Below are positions 16,572 to 26,568 of a stretch of DNA of 64,000 bases, one piece after another (position 1 is the first letter of the stretch; the number at the start of each line of letters is the position of its first letter). The notes beneath the pieces are model-generated. The model saw only the letters and a list, made by a program, of their open reading frames with translations. It was not told where the DNA came from and did not search any database. The stretch spans positions 56,090-120,089 of the forward strand of contig JBDRRS010000003.1 of NCBI GenBank assembly GCA_043825615.1. Reading direction: 5' to 3'. This DNA comes from a bacterium. GTDB lineage: Bacteria > CG03. The translations under genes and the position numbers were made by a program.

Positions 16572-18569
16572 ATGGCAAAACATAATCTTGTGATTGTTGA
16601 ATCGCCCACAAAGGCGAAGACGATAAGGAATTTTCTGGCGGATGAGTTTACCATTGTTTCTTCAATGGGACACATAAGGGACCTGCCGGTGAAGGTTCTG
16701 GGCCTGGACGTAAAAGACAATTTCAAAGCGACCTATGCGGTTATTGCAAAGAAGAAGAAAATTGTGGCTCTGCTGCGGAAGCATTACAAGGAAAACGACT
16801 TCGTTTATATTGCCACCGACGGCGACAGAGAAGGCGAGGGAATCGCCTGGCACATAAAGGAAGTTCTGAAAATCCCTGATTCCAAAATAAAAAGGACGGT
16901 TTTTCACGAAATAACAAAGACCGCCATAAGGGACGCGTTTAAGAATCCGGGCGGCATCAATATGAATCTGGTGAACGCTTATAAAGCGAGAAGATTTCTG
17001 GACCGCCTCGTGGGTTATCAGATAAGCCCGATTCTCTGGAAGAAAATCGCATACGGTCTTTCGGCGGGGAGAGTTCAGTCCGTGGCTTTGAAAATGATTG
17101 TGGAGCGCGAGAAAGAAATAAGAAATTTCAAACCGGAAAAATACTGGAAAGTCGGCGCCGAATTTGAACATAACGGGAACGCCGTTTCGGCAGAACTGGT
17201 CAGAGTGGGCAGTTCCGACGCAAAAGAAGGAAAAATTTTTGACGGGAAACTGATTGAAAAGGTCTCGGAACTCAAAGGCAGAAATTTCGGCGTTTCCGGA
17301 GTCGGCACAACCGAGAAAAAACTGTCGCCTCCCGGACCGTTTATCACTTCAACCCTCCAGCAGCAGGCGAACACTAATTTTGGTTTTTCGTCAAAGAAAA
17401 CGATGGCTGTCGCCCAGCAGCTTTATGAAGGCGTTGACCTCCCCACGGGCAGGACGGGTCTGATTACGTATATGAGAACGGATTCGCTCTCGGTCGCGAA
17501 ACAGGCGCAGGTTCAGACGAGGAAATTCATAGAAGGAAAATACGGTCCGGAATTTCTGCCCGCAAAAATACCTTTCTACAAGACGAAGGCGGCTCACTCG
17601 CAGGAAGCCCATGAGGCGATCCGGCCGGTGGACGTAAACGTTGTTCCGTCGGGTATCTCGGAAAATCTTTCCGGAGAGCAGAATCTGCTCTACGATATGA
17701 TCTGGCGGAGGTTCGTCGCCTCTCAAATGGCGGGCGCATTGCAGGAAATTGCGACGGTTCACATAGACGGTGAGAATTATTTTTTCCGGGCGTCCCAGAG
17801 CGTTTTGAAAAAGGCGGGTTTCATTGCGCTTTTCCGGAAGAGAATAGAGGAAGATAAAAAACACCGGAAAATTTACGATGCGCTGGGGAAAATTAAAAAA
17901 GGGGATGCCGTAAAACTTCTTAAAATCGAAACCACCGAGCACGAGACGATGCCCCCGCCGCATTACAACGACGCATCCATCGTAAAGGTCCTTGAAGAAA
18001 AAGGCATCGGGAGGCCCTCAACTTACGCCTCTATCATAGAAACGCTCCTCCGCCGCAAGTATGTCGTCAGAAACAGGAAACAGATTCTCCTGCGCGAAAT
18101 AGGAGAGGTCGTTTCCGGCGTTCTCGACGAGCATTTCCCGCTGATAACGGATTATAATTTCACCTCCGATCTTGAGGAAAAACTCGACGATATCGCGAAT
18201 GCGAAGACGGACGATATTGCGGTTCTGAAAAATTTTTACAAGGTCTTTCTGCCTCTTCTGGAAAAGGCGAAAGTTAATATGAAATCCCTGAAAAGGGTAA
18301 CGGACAGGAAATGCCCATGGTGCGGGTCAATGCTCGTTGAAAAGGTCTCAAAAAACGGCAAGTTCCTTTACTGCAGCGGTTTCCCCGCCTGCGTTTACAG
18401 GATTTATTTCGAAGACGGGAAGGAAATTCTTCCTGAAAAGAAATTCTGCGGCAAGTGCGGCGCTCCGATGGTTTTGAGAGTGGGCCGTCTCGGGTATTTC
18501 AATGCCTGCAGCAAGTTCCCGAAATGCAGGAACATCGTTCCTTTCAATCAGGCCGCCGGCGGAAAATAA
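16572..18569 (+). CDS. topA: DNA topoisomerase I
   Basis: Toprim N-terminus LVIVESPTKAKTIRNFL. Active-site region GLITYMRTDS. C-terminal Cys4 zinc-ribbon repeats. Confidence 0.95.
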   Translation: MAKHNLVIVESPTKAKTIRNFLADEFTIVSSMGHIRDLPVKVLGLDVKDNFKATYAVIAKKKKIVALLRKHYKENDFVYIATDGDREGEGIAWHIKEVLKIPDSKIKRTVFHEITKTAIRDAFKNPGGINMNLVNAYKARRFLDRLVGYQISPILWKKIAYGLSAGRVQSVALKMIVEREKEIRNFKPEKYWKVGAEFEHNGNAVSAELVRVGSSDAKEGKIFDGKLIEKVSELKGRNFGVSGVGTTEKKLSPPGPFITSTLQQQANTNFGFSSKKTMAVAQQLYEGVDLPTGRTGLITYMRTDSLSVAKQAQVQTRKFIEGKYGPEFLPAKIPFYKTKAAHSQEAHEAIRPVDVNVVPSGISENLSGEQNLLYDMIWRRFVASQMAGALQEIATVHIDGENYFFRASQSVLKKAGFIALFRKRIEEDKKHRKIYDALGKIKKGDAVKLLKIETTEHETMPPPHYNDASIVKVLEEKGIGRPSTYASIIETLLRRKYVVRNRKQILLREIGEVVSGVLDEHFPLITDYNFTSDLEEKLDDIANAKTDDIAVLKNFYKVFLPLLEKAKVNMKSLKRVTDRKCPWCGSMLVEKVSKNGKFLYCSGFPACVYRIYFEDGKEILPEKKFCGKCGAPMVLRVGRLGYFNACSKFPKCRNIVPFNQAAGGK

Positions 18570-18576
18570 ACACGTA

Positions 18577-19446
18577 ATGCGTTTGCAGGGTCTCCTGAAA
18601 AACTTTGAAACATTCCTTATCGTGGAAAGGAACTGTTCGCCCCACACGATAAGGGCTTACAGCAAAGACATAAGAAATTTTTTGAGCTACGCCGCCAGAA
18701 AAAAAATTGAAATAGGAAGCATTACGCGGCCTCAGGTAAGAGGTTTCATAACTTATTTAAGGGGTAGTTTATCTCCCGTATCCATAGGAAGGGAACTATC
18801 GTCGCTGCGGTCTTTTTTCCGTTTCCTGATGAGGGATGAAGTCGTTTCGGAAAACCCGTTTTACGGGATTTCGGTGCCTTCGAGAATCAAAAAAATTCCG
18901 GATGTTCTTGAGGAAGACGAGATGAATGCGCTGCTCGCGCAGCCGGATGTTTCAAAACTGCATGGCCTGAGAGACAGGGCGATTCTGGAACTGCTTTATG
19001 CTACGGGTATGAGGGTGGGGGAACTGACCGACCTTAGAATCATCGACATTGATTTCTGGAGCGGTTCGGTAAAAGTTACGGGGAAGGGCAGAAAACAGAG
19101 GTTCTGTTACCTAACGGAAACGGCCGTCGATTTTATTGAAAAGTATCTGGAGAGAAGGCCGAAGAACCCCGATAAACTTTTTCTCAACAAGAACGGGACG
19201 CCTCTCTCGGCGGTGTCCGTGAGAAAAAATCTGAACAAATACATAAAGAAGACGGCAATTGTGAAACATGTCAGCCCTCACACAATCAGGCACAGTTTCG
19301 CGACGATTCTCCTTTCCCGCGGCTGCGGGCTCCGGGCGATTCAGGAACTTCTCGGGCACGCGGACATTTCCACAACGCAGATTTACACGCACATCTCCCC
19401 TAAACATCTGAAAGAGGTCTATGACAAAACGCATCCCCGTGCATAA
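18577..19446 (+). CDS. xerC: Tyrosine recombinase XerC/XerD family
   Basis: Motifs ELLYATGMRVGEL, HTIRHSFAT and LGHADISTTQIYTH. I chose the start at the internal ATG 18577, just after the topA stop. Confidence 0.85.
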   Translation: MRLQGLLKNFETFLIVERNCSPHTIRAYSKDIRNFLSYAARKKIEIGSITRPQVRGFITYLRGSLSPVSIGRELSSLRSFFRFLMRDEVVSENPFYGISVPSRIKKIPDVLEEDEMNALLAQPDVSKLHGLRDRAILELLYATGMRVGELTDLRIIDIDFWSGSVKVTGKGRKQRFCYLTETAVDFIEKYLERRPKNPDKLFLNKNGTPLSAVSVRKNLNKYIKKTAIVKHVSPHTIRHSFATILLSRGCGLRAIQELLGHADISTTQIYTHISPKHLKEVYDKTHPRA

Positions 19447-19530
19447 AAAAAAGAAAGGGGACGATTCTAATACTTTTTGGAAAAATGTCATATTGCCTGC
19501 CTGGCGGCAGACAGGTAAAGCACCGTCCCC
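19447..19530. repeat. About 84-nt imperfect-hairpin spacer element, full copy (family shared with 22094-22160 and 52863-52890)
   Basis: It begins directly after the xerC stop: aaaaaagaaaGGGGACGattctaatacttt ... tcatattgcctgcc ... ggtaaagcacCGTCCCC. The terminal arms GGGGACGATTCT / AGCACCGTCCCC are inverted repeats. Confidence 0.5.
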
Positions 19531-19533
19531 GTT

Positions 19534-20070
19534 ATGAGGACTTTCATAGCGGTTAAAATTCCCGAAGAGATAAAAGAAAAAATCCTGAAAAAAATCAGTC
19601 CGTTCAGGAATAAAATAAAAGGGCTGTTCGTAAAAAAACCGGCGATGCACATTACCCTGAAATTCCTCGGTGAAATTGACGAAGAGCAGAAAAACACGCT
19701 CTGCGGAATTTTGAAGGATGTTTTAAAACATTACGCGCCTTTCGCCGTCCGGTTAAATGGCGCCGGAACTTTCCCCCCGAAGAATCCGAGGGTCCTGTGG
19801 CTCGGCGTTGAAAAGGGAGCTGATGAACTTTCCGGGATGGCGGCGGTTATTTCGGAAAGGATTTTAGAAGAACTCGGGATAAAAGACGAAAAAAGAAAAT
19901 TCGTTCCCCATTTCACCGTCGCACGCCTGAAAAGCCCTTACGTTCCGGAGGAGTTCTTCAGGCAGGATATTGATTTCAGTTTTCCCGTGGCTTCGGTTTA
20001 CCTCATCCGGAGTTTCCTAAAATCCTCCGGCGCGGAATACAGTGACCTTGCCTCTTTTCCCCTTAAATAA
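19534..20070 (+). CDS. thpR: RNA 2',3'-cyclic phosphodiesterase (2H family, LigT/ThpR)
   Basis: Two HxT motifs: HITLKFLGE and HFTVAR. Confidence 0.8.
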   Translation: MRTFIAVKIPEEIKEKILKKISPFRNKIKGLFVKKPAMHITLKFLGEIDEEQKNTLCGILKDVLKHYAPFAVRLNGAGTFPPKNPRVLWLGVEKGADELSGMAAVISERILEELGIKDEKRKFVPHFTVARLKSPYVPEEFFRQDIDFSFPVASVYLIRSFLKSSGAEYSDLASFPLK

Positions 20071-20823
20071 ATGTATTTTGCGAAATTACTCCTGATATTC
20101 TTCGCCGGTGTTTGCGCGGGTTTTATCAACGTGTTCGCCGGCGGCGGGTCGTTGCTCACAATCCCTCTGTTGATTTTTATGGGAATGCCGTCTGCGGTAG
20201 CCAACGGAACAAACCGGCTTGCGGTATTAGTCCAGTGCGCTTTAGGCGTTGAGCGCTTCCGCCGCAAAGGCGTATTTGATTACAAGTTAGGTCTTCTCGT
20301 CGCTTTCCCTTCCGTAACGGGAGCCGTAATCGGCTCATTCATCGCCGTTGATTTACCAGACCGTATTTTCAATCGTCTTCTCGCCGTTGTTATGATTTTC
20401 GTTTTAATTTCAATCCTCGGAAAAACTCCTGAGAATAACACAAGCGTTAAGAAAGAGCCGGCCGCCCGGAGAAAAATAATTCTTGCCGTTGCTTTCTTTT
20501 TTGTGGGGCTGTACGGGGGAATCATCCAGGCGGGTGTGGGAATTGTTATTATCGCTATCCTGTCGTTTCTGACAGACCTTTCCCTCGTTAAGATAAACAG
20601 TTTAAAATTATTTATTGTCGCTTTTTATATGATTTTTTCCGTCGCTGTTTTTGCTTCCAGCGGCAAGATTGAATGGGCGCCCGGATTGGTTCTGGCTGCA
20701 GGGAATGCCGCCGGCGCGTGGATGGGGGTAAATGTTACGGTTAAAAAAGGCGACAGGTTTATAAGAGCAGTTCTCGCGGTTGTTATTCCGGCAATAGCGG
20801 TCAAACTCCTCTTTTTCATGTAA
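20071..20823 (+). CDS. TauE/SafE family anion exporter membrane protein
   Basis: Polytopic membrane protein with GGGSLLTIPLLIF and a second half-repeat GVGIVIIAIL. Confidence 0.75.
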   Translation: MYFAKLLLIFFAGVCAGFINVFAGGGSLLTIPLLIFMGMPSAVANGTNRLAVLVQCALGVERFRRKGVFDYKLGLLVAFPSVTGAVIGSFIAVDLPDRIFNRLLAVVMIFVLISILGKTPENNTSVKKEPAARRKIILAVAFFFVGLYGGIIQAGVGIVIIAILSFLTDLSLVKINSLKLFIVAFYMIFSVAVFASSGKIEWAPGLVLAAGNAAGAWMGVNVTVKKGDRFIRAVLAVVIPAIAVKLLFFM

Positions 20824-20950
20824 ACTATCTTTTCTTGCAGAATGCGATTTCTTCTTTCCCCATTTAGTAGAGGGGGACTGAGGTGAATTTGTTCTTCCCC
20901 CTTAATCCGTACCCCGTACCCCGTACCCATATTGCGTAAATCCTCTTAAT

Positions 20951-21613
20951 ATGATTAAATTTTCCGGCGGCAAAGTGAAATATATAGACATTGAGAAATG
21001 GAAGAGAAAAAAGCACTTTGAGTTTTTCAATTCCATGGATTATCCTCATTTCAGCCTGTGCGCGGACGTTGACGTTACCGCCGCCAGGAAATACACGAAG
21101 GAAAATGACATTTCCTTTTTTAAGGCGGTTTTGTATATCACGGCGCAGGCGGCTAACGGGGTGCCGGAACTGAGACAGAGGATACGCGGGGAAAAGGTTG
21201 TTGAGCATGGCGCCGTTCACCCGTCTTTTACAATGCTTACGGAAGATGACCTTTTCAGTTTCTGTCTTGTGGAGTATTCGCCCGGTTTTGCGGGCTTTGC
21301 AGGAAGGACGGAAAGGGCAATGGAGGATGCGCTGAAGAATCCGCGGCTTGCTGACCCCGAAGGCCGTGACGACCTTCTTTTCGTCACCGCTATTCCCTGG
21401 GTTTCTTTTACGAATATAACGCATCCGGTGCATATGCATCCGGCGGATTCGGTTCCGAGAATAGCATGGGGAAAGTTCCATAAAAGCGGTTCCGCGTTAA
21501 GGATGCCGGTCTCTCTGCAGGCGCACCATGCATTAGTGGATGGTTTTCATAGTGGTAAGTATTACAATCTTTTACAGGAAAAACTTAACAAACCGGATGA
21601 AGTATTAAAATAG
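20951..21613 (+). CDS. cat: Chloramphenicol O-acetyltransferase-family (type A CAT-like) protein
   Basis: Motifs IDIEKWKRKKHFEFF ... FSLC ... SLQAHHALVDGFH. The last is the catalytic His motif HHAxxDGxH. Confidence 0.8.
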   Translation: MIKFSGGKVKYIDIEKWKRKKHFEFFNSMDYPHFSLCADVDVTAARKYTKENDISFFKAVLYITAQAANGVPELRQRIRGEKVVEHGAVHPSFTMLTEDDLFSFCLVEYSPGFAGFAGRTERAMEDALKNPRLADPEGRDDLLFVTAIPWVSFTNITHPVHMHPADSVPRIAWGKFHKSGSALRMPVSLQAHHALVDGFHSGKYYNLLQEKLNKPDEVLK

Positions 21614-22069
21614 ATGCATAAAAAAGTACTTGACCCCTTTTATGTAAAAAACGAAATTTGTAAAAATTGCGGTGAATATAAAAATTGCAGGGATTCTTTA
21701 TCTTCGTGGATTTTTTTCATTATAGGTCTTATCGCAACTATAGCGATTCGTATTGTCATAGTTTTAATTCCCGTATATCCCGTTTATGGGAAGCTTGCGT
21801 GGTATATCGGCGTGGGCGGTTTTTTTCTATTTTTCCTTTACAAATTCAAAGTAAGCAATACGAGAGCCGAATCAATCAAACGCAGTAATCTGGTTGATAA
21901 AATCCGCGGCAAAAAAGAACTTTCTCCGGAAGATTACAGTTTGGTAAACGGAATTTTGTGCAGTATCAGCTCTAAAAAAGAGAGGATGAACTTTTTCTTC
22001 ATATTCGGATTATCGGCGCTGGCGTTGATTATAGCGGTGTATGTTGATTTTTTACGGGCGTTACTGTAA
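21614..22069 (+). CDS. Small membrane protein with N-terminal CxxC...C cluster (unknown function)
   Basis: CKNCGEYKNC followed by three hydrophobic helices. The start abuts the CAT stop. Confidence 0.4.
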   Translation: MHKKVLDPFYVKNEICKNCGEYKNCRDSLSSWIFFIIGLIATIAIRIVIVLIPVYPVYGKLAWYIGVGGFFLFFLYKFKVSNTRAESIKRSNLVDKIRGKKELSPEDYSLVNGILCSISSKKERMNFFFIFGLSALALIIAVYVDFLRALL

Positions 22070-22093
22070 TAAAAATCAGTCGGAACTACTTAA

Positions 22094-22160
22094 TAAGGGA
22101 CAAAAATAAAGTATGAAAAATTTCATATTGCCTGCCCCTATGGGGTAAAGCACCGTCCCC
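22094..22160. repeat. Diverged copy of the spacer hairpin element
   Basis: Shares tcatattgcctgcc (22123-22136) and ggtaaagcaccgtcccc (22144-22160) with copy 19447-19530. It is followed by a direct repeat ccccttgaatt x2 (22157-22186). Confidence 0.4.
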
Positions 22161-22214
22161 CCTTGAATTCCGTTCCCCCTTGAATTGGTCGGCGTAATTT
22201 TGTAATTTATACGA

Positions 22215-23375
22215 ATGCAGAATATTCTCGCTGTTTATAGAAAAATTCCACTCTCCGTAAAAAAGGCGGAGGGGAAGTTCATATGGGATACGAAGGGAAA
22301 GAAGTATCTTGATTTTTTCTCAGGGATATCCGTTACAAGTATCGGTCACAGGAACGGGAAGGTTTTGAAGGCGATTGAGGGGCAGATTTCAAAATATCTT
22401 CACGTATCTAATTATTATACCGACGCGGCGCAGGAAAAATACGCGGCGCTCCTCGTGAATAGGTCGTTTCCGGGGAAGGTCTTTTTTTCCAATTCGGGCG
22501 GCGAGGCGAACGAACTCGCAATAAAACTCGTGAGGAGTTTCGGAGCGGCCAGGAAACGGTACAGGATAATTTCTTTTAAGAATTCATTCCACGGGCGGTC
22601 GATGTCAACTCTTTCCGCGACGGGGCAGAAAAAATTCCAGAAGGGTTTTTCACCGCTACTTTCGGGTTTTGACTTTGCTGTTTTCAATGACGTTGACTCC
22701 GTGAGGAAACTCATCGGCAAAAGCACCGTTGCCGTAATCATTGAGCCGGTTCAGGGCGAGGGCGGTGTGTATCCCGCGGAAAAAAGTTTTTTAAAAGAAC
22801 TCCGGAAACTGTGCACGCGGAAAAATCTGCTGCTGATTCTGGACGAAATACAGACGGGGTTCGGCAGGTGCGGCAGCGCTTTCGCTTTTCAGTCGTACGG
22901 GATTAAGCCGGACATTTTAACCCTCGCGAAAGCGGCGGGCGGAGGTCTCCCTCTGGGCGTAACCGTTTTGCATGCGGGTCTTGAAAAATATCTTCCCGCC
23001 GGCAGCCACGGCTCCACGTTCGGGGGGAATCCCGTTTCCTGCGCCGCCGGTCTTGCGACGCTCGGGCAGATTGACGGTAAAATGCTGAAAAGAGTAAACC
23101 GGCTCGGCGAAATTTTTACCGCTGCTCTGGAGAAATTGAAAAGCAAAAACGGCATAATAAAAGAAATCCGTGGCAGGGGTCTTATGCTCGGGGTCGAATT
23201 GAAGAAACCGATTGCGTTTGACATTGCGCGGCAACTTTTAAAAAGGGGCATTCTGGTAAACGACTGCAAACCGGACATTGTGAGGTTTCTGCCGCCGTTC
23301 ATCGTTAGCGAAAAAGATATTTTGTCTGTTGTGAAAAATGTTTCTGAGGTTCTGGAAGAAATTGATAAAAGGTGA
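22215..23375 (+). CDS. argD: Class-III aminotransferase, acetylornithine aminotransferase-like
   Basis: Motifs FFSNSGGEANE and LLILDEIQTGFGRCG. TLAKAAGGGLP contains the PLP-binding lysine. The size of about 386 aa fits the family. Confidence 0.75.
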   Translation: MQNILAVYRKIPLSVKKAEGKFIWDTKGKKYLDFFSGISVTSIGHRNGKVLKAIEGQISKYLHVSNYYTDAAQEKYAALLVNRSFPGKVFFSNSGGEANELAIKLVRSFGAARKRYRIISFKNSFHGRSMSTLSATGQKKFQKGFSPLLSGFDFAVFNDVDSVRKLIGKSTVAVIIEPVQGEGGVYPAEKSFLKELRKLCTRKNLLLILDEIQTGFGRCGSAFAFQSYGIKPDILTLAKAAGGGLPLGVTVLHAGLEKYLPAGSHGSTFGGNPVSCAAGLATLGQIDGKMLKRVNRLGEIFTAALEKLKSKNGIIKEIRGRGLMLGVELKKPIAFDIARQLLKRGILVNDCKPDIVRFLPPFIVSEKDILSVVKNVSEVLEEIDKR

Positions 23376-23420
23376 TTAGGCGAAGAAAGGCAAAAACGAA
23401 GAAATTTCAGGGGGTGAAAG

Positions 23421-25496
23421 ATGATTGAATCGGTAAAGGTTTTTTACATTCCGCTGCTGGCAGGCATCGCCGGTCTTGTTATGGTGATAATACTCGCCGT
23501 TAAAATTCTTAAAGCGTCGCCGGGCAAAGCAAAGATGATAGAGATTTCCGAACTCATTCACGACGGGGCAATGTCTTTCCTCATGAGGGAGTACAAACAG
23601 ATAGGAATTTTTATTCTGGTTGTCGCTGTAATTATTTATTTTTTTGTTGACAAATTGATGCCCGTCGCTTTTGTCTGCGGGGCGCTGTTTTCGATTTTGG
23701 CTGGTTTCATCGGGATGAACATTGCGACGCGTTCAAACGCAAGAACCGCGCAGGCGGCGTCCGTCGGTCTCAACGAGGCTTTGAATATCGCTTTTCCCGC
23801 AGGGATGGTTATGGGGCTTTCGGTGGCGAGTCTGGGCCTTGTGGGGCTGACTCTTATGTTTATGCTGTTCAGCTGGTATCTGCATCTGCGCATAGATAAT
23901 TTTAATGACGTGCTGTTCAATGCGACGAATATCATCGTCGGTTTCAGCCTTGGCGCGAGTTCCGTCGCTCTCTTTGCCAGAGTCGGCGGAGGGATTTACA
24001 CGAAAGCGGCCGATGTCGGTGCGGACCTCGTCGGGAAAGTTGAGGCGGGTATCCCGGAGGACGACCCGAGGAACCCGGCTGTTATTGCTGATAACGTCGG
24101 GGACAACGTGGGTGACGTCGCCGGAATGGGCGCCGACCTGTATGAGTCGTACGTCGGGGCGATAATTTCGGCGTGCGTCATTGCCGCGGCGGCAAAGGAC
24201 GTGAAGGGAATTTTGCTTCCGCTGTTTCTTGTCGCGTGGGGTCTTATTGCGTCGATTATCGGGAAGTTTTTTGTCAAGACGACGGAGAAGAGAAATGCCC
24301 AGACCGCTTTGAGAAACGGCCTGTGGATGTCGGCTCTTGTTTTTATAATAGGAAGTCTGCTTTTGACGGCAAACTGGTACAGCAACCCCTCAATCGCGAA
24401 ATTCGGGCCGTTCGGGGCTATTCTCGCCGGTCTTCTCGCGGGTCTGGTGGTGGGTTTTGCGGCGGAATATTACACGTCGGGGAAACAGGTCCGGAAAATT
24501 GCCGAAGCGTCGGTTTCAGGCCCTGCCACGAACATTCTTTCGGGAATGACCTGCGGGATGTATTCAACGGGTATTTCGGTTCTCGCGATAGCAGTTGCCA
24601 CCATTCTCTCATTCAAATACGCCGGGATTTACGGCATTGCTCTTTCGGCGATAGGAATGCTTTCCATAACGGGTATGACGGTTGCGGTTGACGCGTACGG
24701 CCCGGTTGCCGACAATGCTGCCGGTATTGCCGAGATGGCGGGAATGGGGTCAGAGGTAAGGGCGCGGGCGGAACAGCTCGATGCTGTGGGCAATACGACT
24801 GCCGCCATCGGCAAGGGCTTTGCGATCGGCTCGGCGGCTCTGACGGCTCTCGCTCTTTTCACCGCCTATGCCGCAACGTCCGGAATTTTATGCCTCCCTG
24901 AAGTCGGGAACGTGATAAATATTCTGGACGCATCGGTTGTCGCGGGGCTTTTTCTCGGCGGCGTGGTTCCTTTCCTTTTTTCAGCCACGACAATTCAGGC
25001 GGTGAACAAGTCGGCGGTGAGCATCGTGGCTGAAGTCCGCCGCCAGTTTAGAGAGATACCCGGGCTTATGCAGGGCCGCGCTCTTCCCGACTCGGCCAGG
25101 TGCGTCGGCATAACGACGGACGGCGCTCTTGCCCAGATGAGAGTTCCGGGCATTGCGGCGGTTGTGGCGCCCGTGCTGGTAGGGTCTATTCTCGGACCTG
25201 AGGCGCTCGGCGGTTTTCTCGCCGGTTCTCTCATTACGGGAGTGCCTCTTGCCCTCTTCCTCGCAAACGCGGGCGGGGCATGGGACAACGCAAAGAAATT
25301 CGTGGAGGAGGGAAACCTCGGCGGCAAGGGCTCGGAAGTTCACAAAGCGACGGTCATAGGCGACACGGTCGGCGACCCGTGCAAGGATACGGCGGGCCCG
25401 TCCATAAACATCCTTTTGAAGCTTATGGCGATTGTCGCTCTTGTGTTCGCGCCGGTTATTTTCAAACTGCACGATATAATACTTGATTTATTCTGA
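23421..25496 (+). CDS. hppA: Membrane-integral ion-translocating pyrophosphatase
   Basis: Motifs [41 protein letters not shown] and [15 protein letters not shown]. Confidence 0.95.
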   Translation: MIESVKVFYIPLLAGIAGLVMVIILAVKILKASPGKAKMIEISELIHDGAMSFLMREYKQIGIFILVVAVIIYFFVDKLMPVAFVCGALFSILAGFIGMNIATRSNARTAQAASVGLNEALNIAFPAGMVMGLSVASLGLVGLTLMFMLFSWYLHLRIDNFNDVLFNATNIIVGFSLGASSVALFARVGGGIYTKAADVGADLVGKVEAGIPEDDPRNPAVIADNVGDNVGDVAGMGADLYESYVGAIISACVIAAAAKDVKGILLPLFLVAWGLIASIIGKFFVKTTEKRNAQTALRNGLWMSALVFIIGSLLLTANWYSNPSIAKFGPFGAILAGLLAGLVVGFAAEYYTSGKQVRKIAEASVSGPATNILSGMTCGMYSTGISVLAIAVATILSFKYAGIYGIALSAIGMLSITGMTVAVDAYGPVADNAAGIAEMAGMGSEVRARAEQLDAVGNTTAAIGKGFAIGSAALTALALFTAYAATSGILCLPEVGNVINILDASVVAGLFLGGVVPFLFSATTIQAVNKSAVSIVAEVRRQFREIPGLMQGRALPDSARCVGITTDGALAQMRVPGIAAVVAPVLVGSILGPEALGGFLAGSLITGVPLALFLANAGGAWDNAKKFVEEGNLGGKGSEVHKATVIGDTVGDPCKDTAGPSINILLKLMAIVALVFAPVIFKLHDIILDLF

Positions 25497-25594
25497 GAAT
25501 TTTGTTATTTGTTAAAAGAGTTTTAAGGGTATCCTTTTCCGCCTGATTGCCTTGCGGCGAGTTTGGGCGGACGGTAGGCCATAAAGGAGGATTT

Positions 25595-25891
25595 ATGGAT
25601 TACGAAACGATTTTCATTACGCCGGCGAATATTTCGGAGGGCGACTCCGCAGAAGTCGTCGGCGGAGTAAAAAAGATTTTAGAGGTCGAGAAAACGTCGG
25701 TTGAAAAAGAAGAGGTCTGGGGGAAGAAGTATCTCGCTTACGAAATCAAAAAGAATACGGAAGGCGTTTACCACTACATAAAGTTTTCAACGTCCGATTC
25801 CAGAATTCCCGGCAATCTCGTGGAATTTTACAGATACAACACCTCTGTCCTTAAATTCCTGACTGTTAAAGTGGATAAGAAAAAGAAATAA
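25595..25891 (+). CDS. rpsF: 30S ribosomal protein S6
   Basis: MDYETIFI...WGKKYLAYEIKK. The RBS aaaggagg precedes the ATG at 25595. The listed ORF start at 25547 looks like an over-extension. Confidence 0.9.
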   Translation: MDYETIFITPANISEGDSAEVVGGVKKILEVEKTSVEKEEVWGKKYLAYEIKKNTEGVYHYIKFSTSDSRIPGNLVEFYRYNTSVLKFLTVKVDKKKK

Positions 25892-26059
25892 TAGCAGCAT
25901 GCACGTAAAAAGCAACAATCTTTTTACCATCTGGGGGGTGACAAGCGGCGAAGGCGCTGGAAAGCGCGTGAGGAGCGCAATCAGGGGGGAGAATCCCCCC
26001 CTATTGAGCTGAGCCGGCCGGGAATTATAGGCGAGTGAAAAAGTATAACAGGGGGGGAT

Positions 26060-26503
26060 ATGGCAAATTTTAACAAGGTGATGCTGATGGGGAACCTCAC
26101 ACGGGACCCCGAAAAACGCTATACGAAAGGCGACCAGCCGGTTGCCCGTTTCAGCGTCGCCTGCAACAGAACTTACACCGACAGGCAAACGGGAGAAAAA
26201 AAGCAGATGGTTTCCTTTGTGCCTGTGGTCGTGTGGGGCAAGCAGGCGGAGAATTGTTCGCAGTATCTGCAGAAAGGGAGTCCGGTTTTTATTGAGGGCC
26301 GCCTTCAGTCCCGGTCGTGGGAAACATCGGACGGACAGAAGAGGAATACATTGGAAGTTATCGCTTCAGCGGTTCAGTTTTTAAACCGCGCGCCGAAACG
26401 TCAGGGTGATGATTATTCGCAGGTCGCCGCTGCCGCTCCGCCGGATGAGGAAATTGCTGAAGACCCGCCGAATACCCCGTCCGAAGACGACGTACCGTTT
26501 TAG
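26060..26503 (+). CDS. ssb: Single-stranded DNA-binding protein
   Basis: MANFNKVMLMGNLTRDPE...VVVWGKQAE. Acidic tail ending DDVPF. Confidence 0.95.
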   Translation: MANFNKVMLMGNLTRDPEKRYTKGDQPVARFSVACNRTYTDRQTGEKKQMVSFVPVVVWGKQAENCSQYLQKGSPVFIEGRLQSRSWETSDGQKRNTLEVIASAVQFLNRAPKRQGDDYSQVAAAAPPDEEIAEDPPNTPSEDDVPF

Positions 26504-26568
26504 AGATGAGTAGCGACCGTGCTGCATTTGAGAATGATGCAGATTAGATTAAAAAATTGAGGTAAATT

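Noticed and set aside
18577-19446. The tyrosine recombinase considered as a phage or ICE integrase marking a mobile element.
   Set aside because: It sits in the conserved dprA-topA-xerC type of housekeeping context, is of Xer size with Xer motifs, and has no flanking phage genes or att-like repeats.
20864-21481. A 205-aa minus-strand ORF.
   Set aside because: It is antisense to the CAT-family gene, which has a clear catalytic motif.
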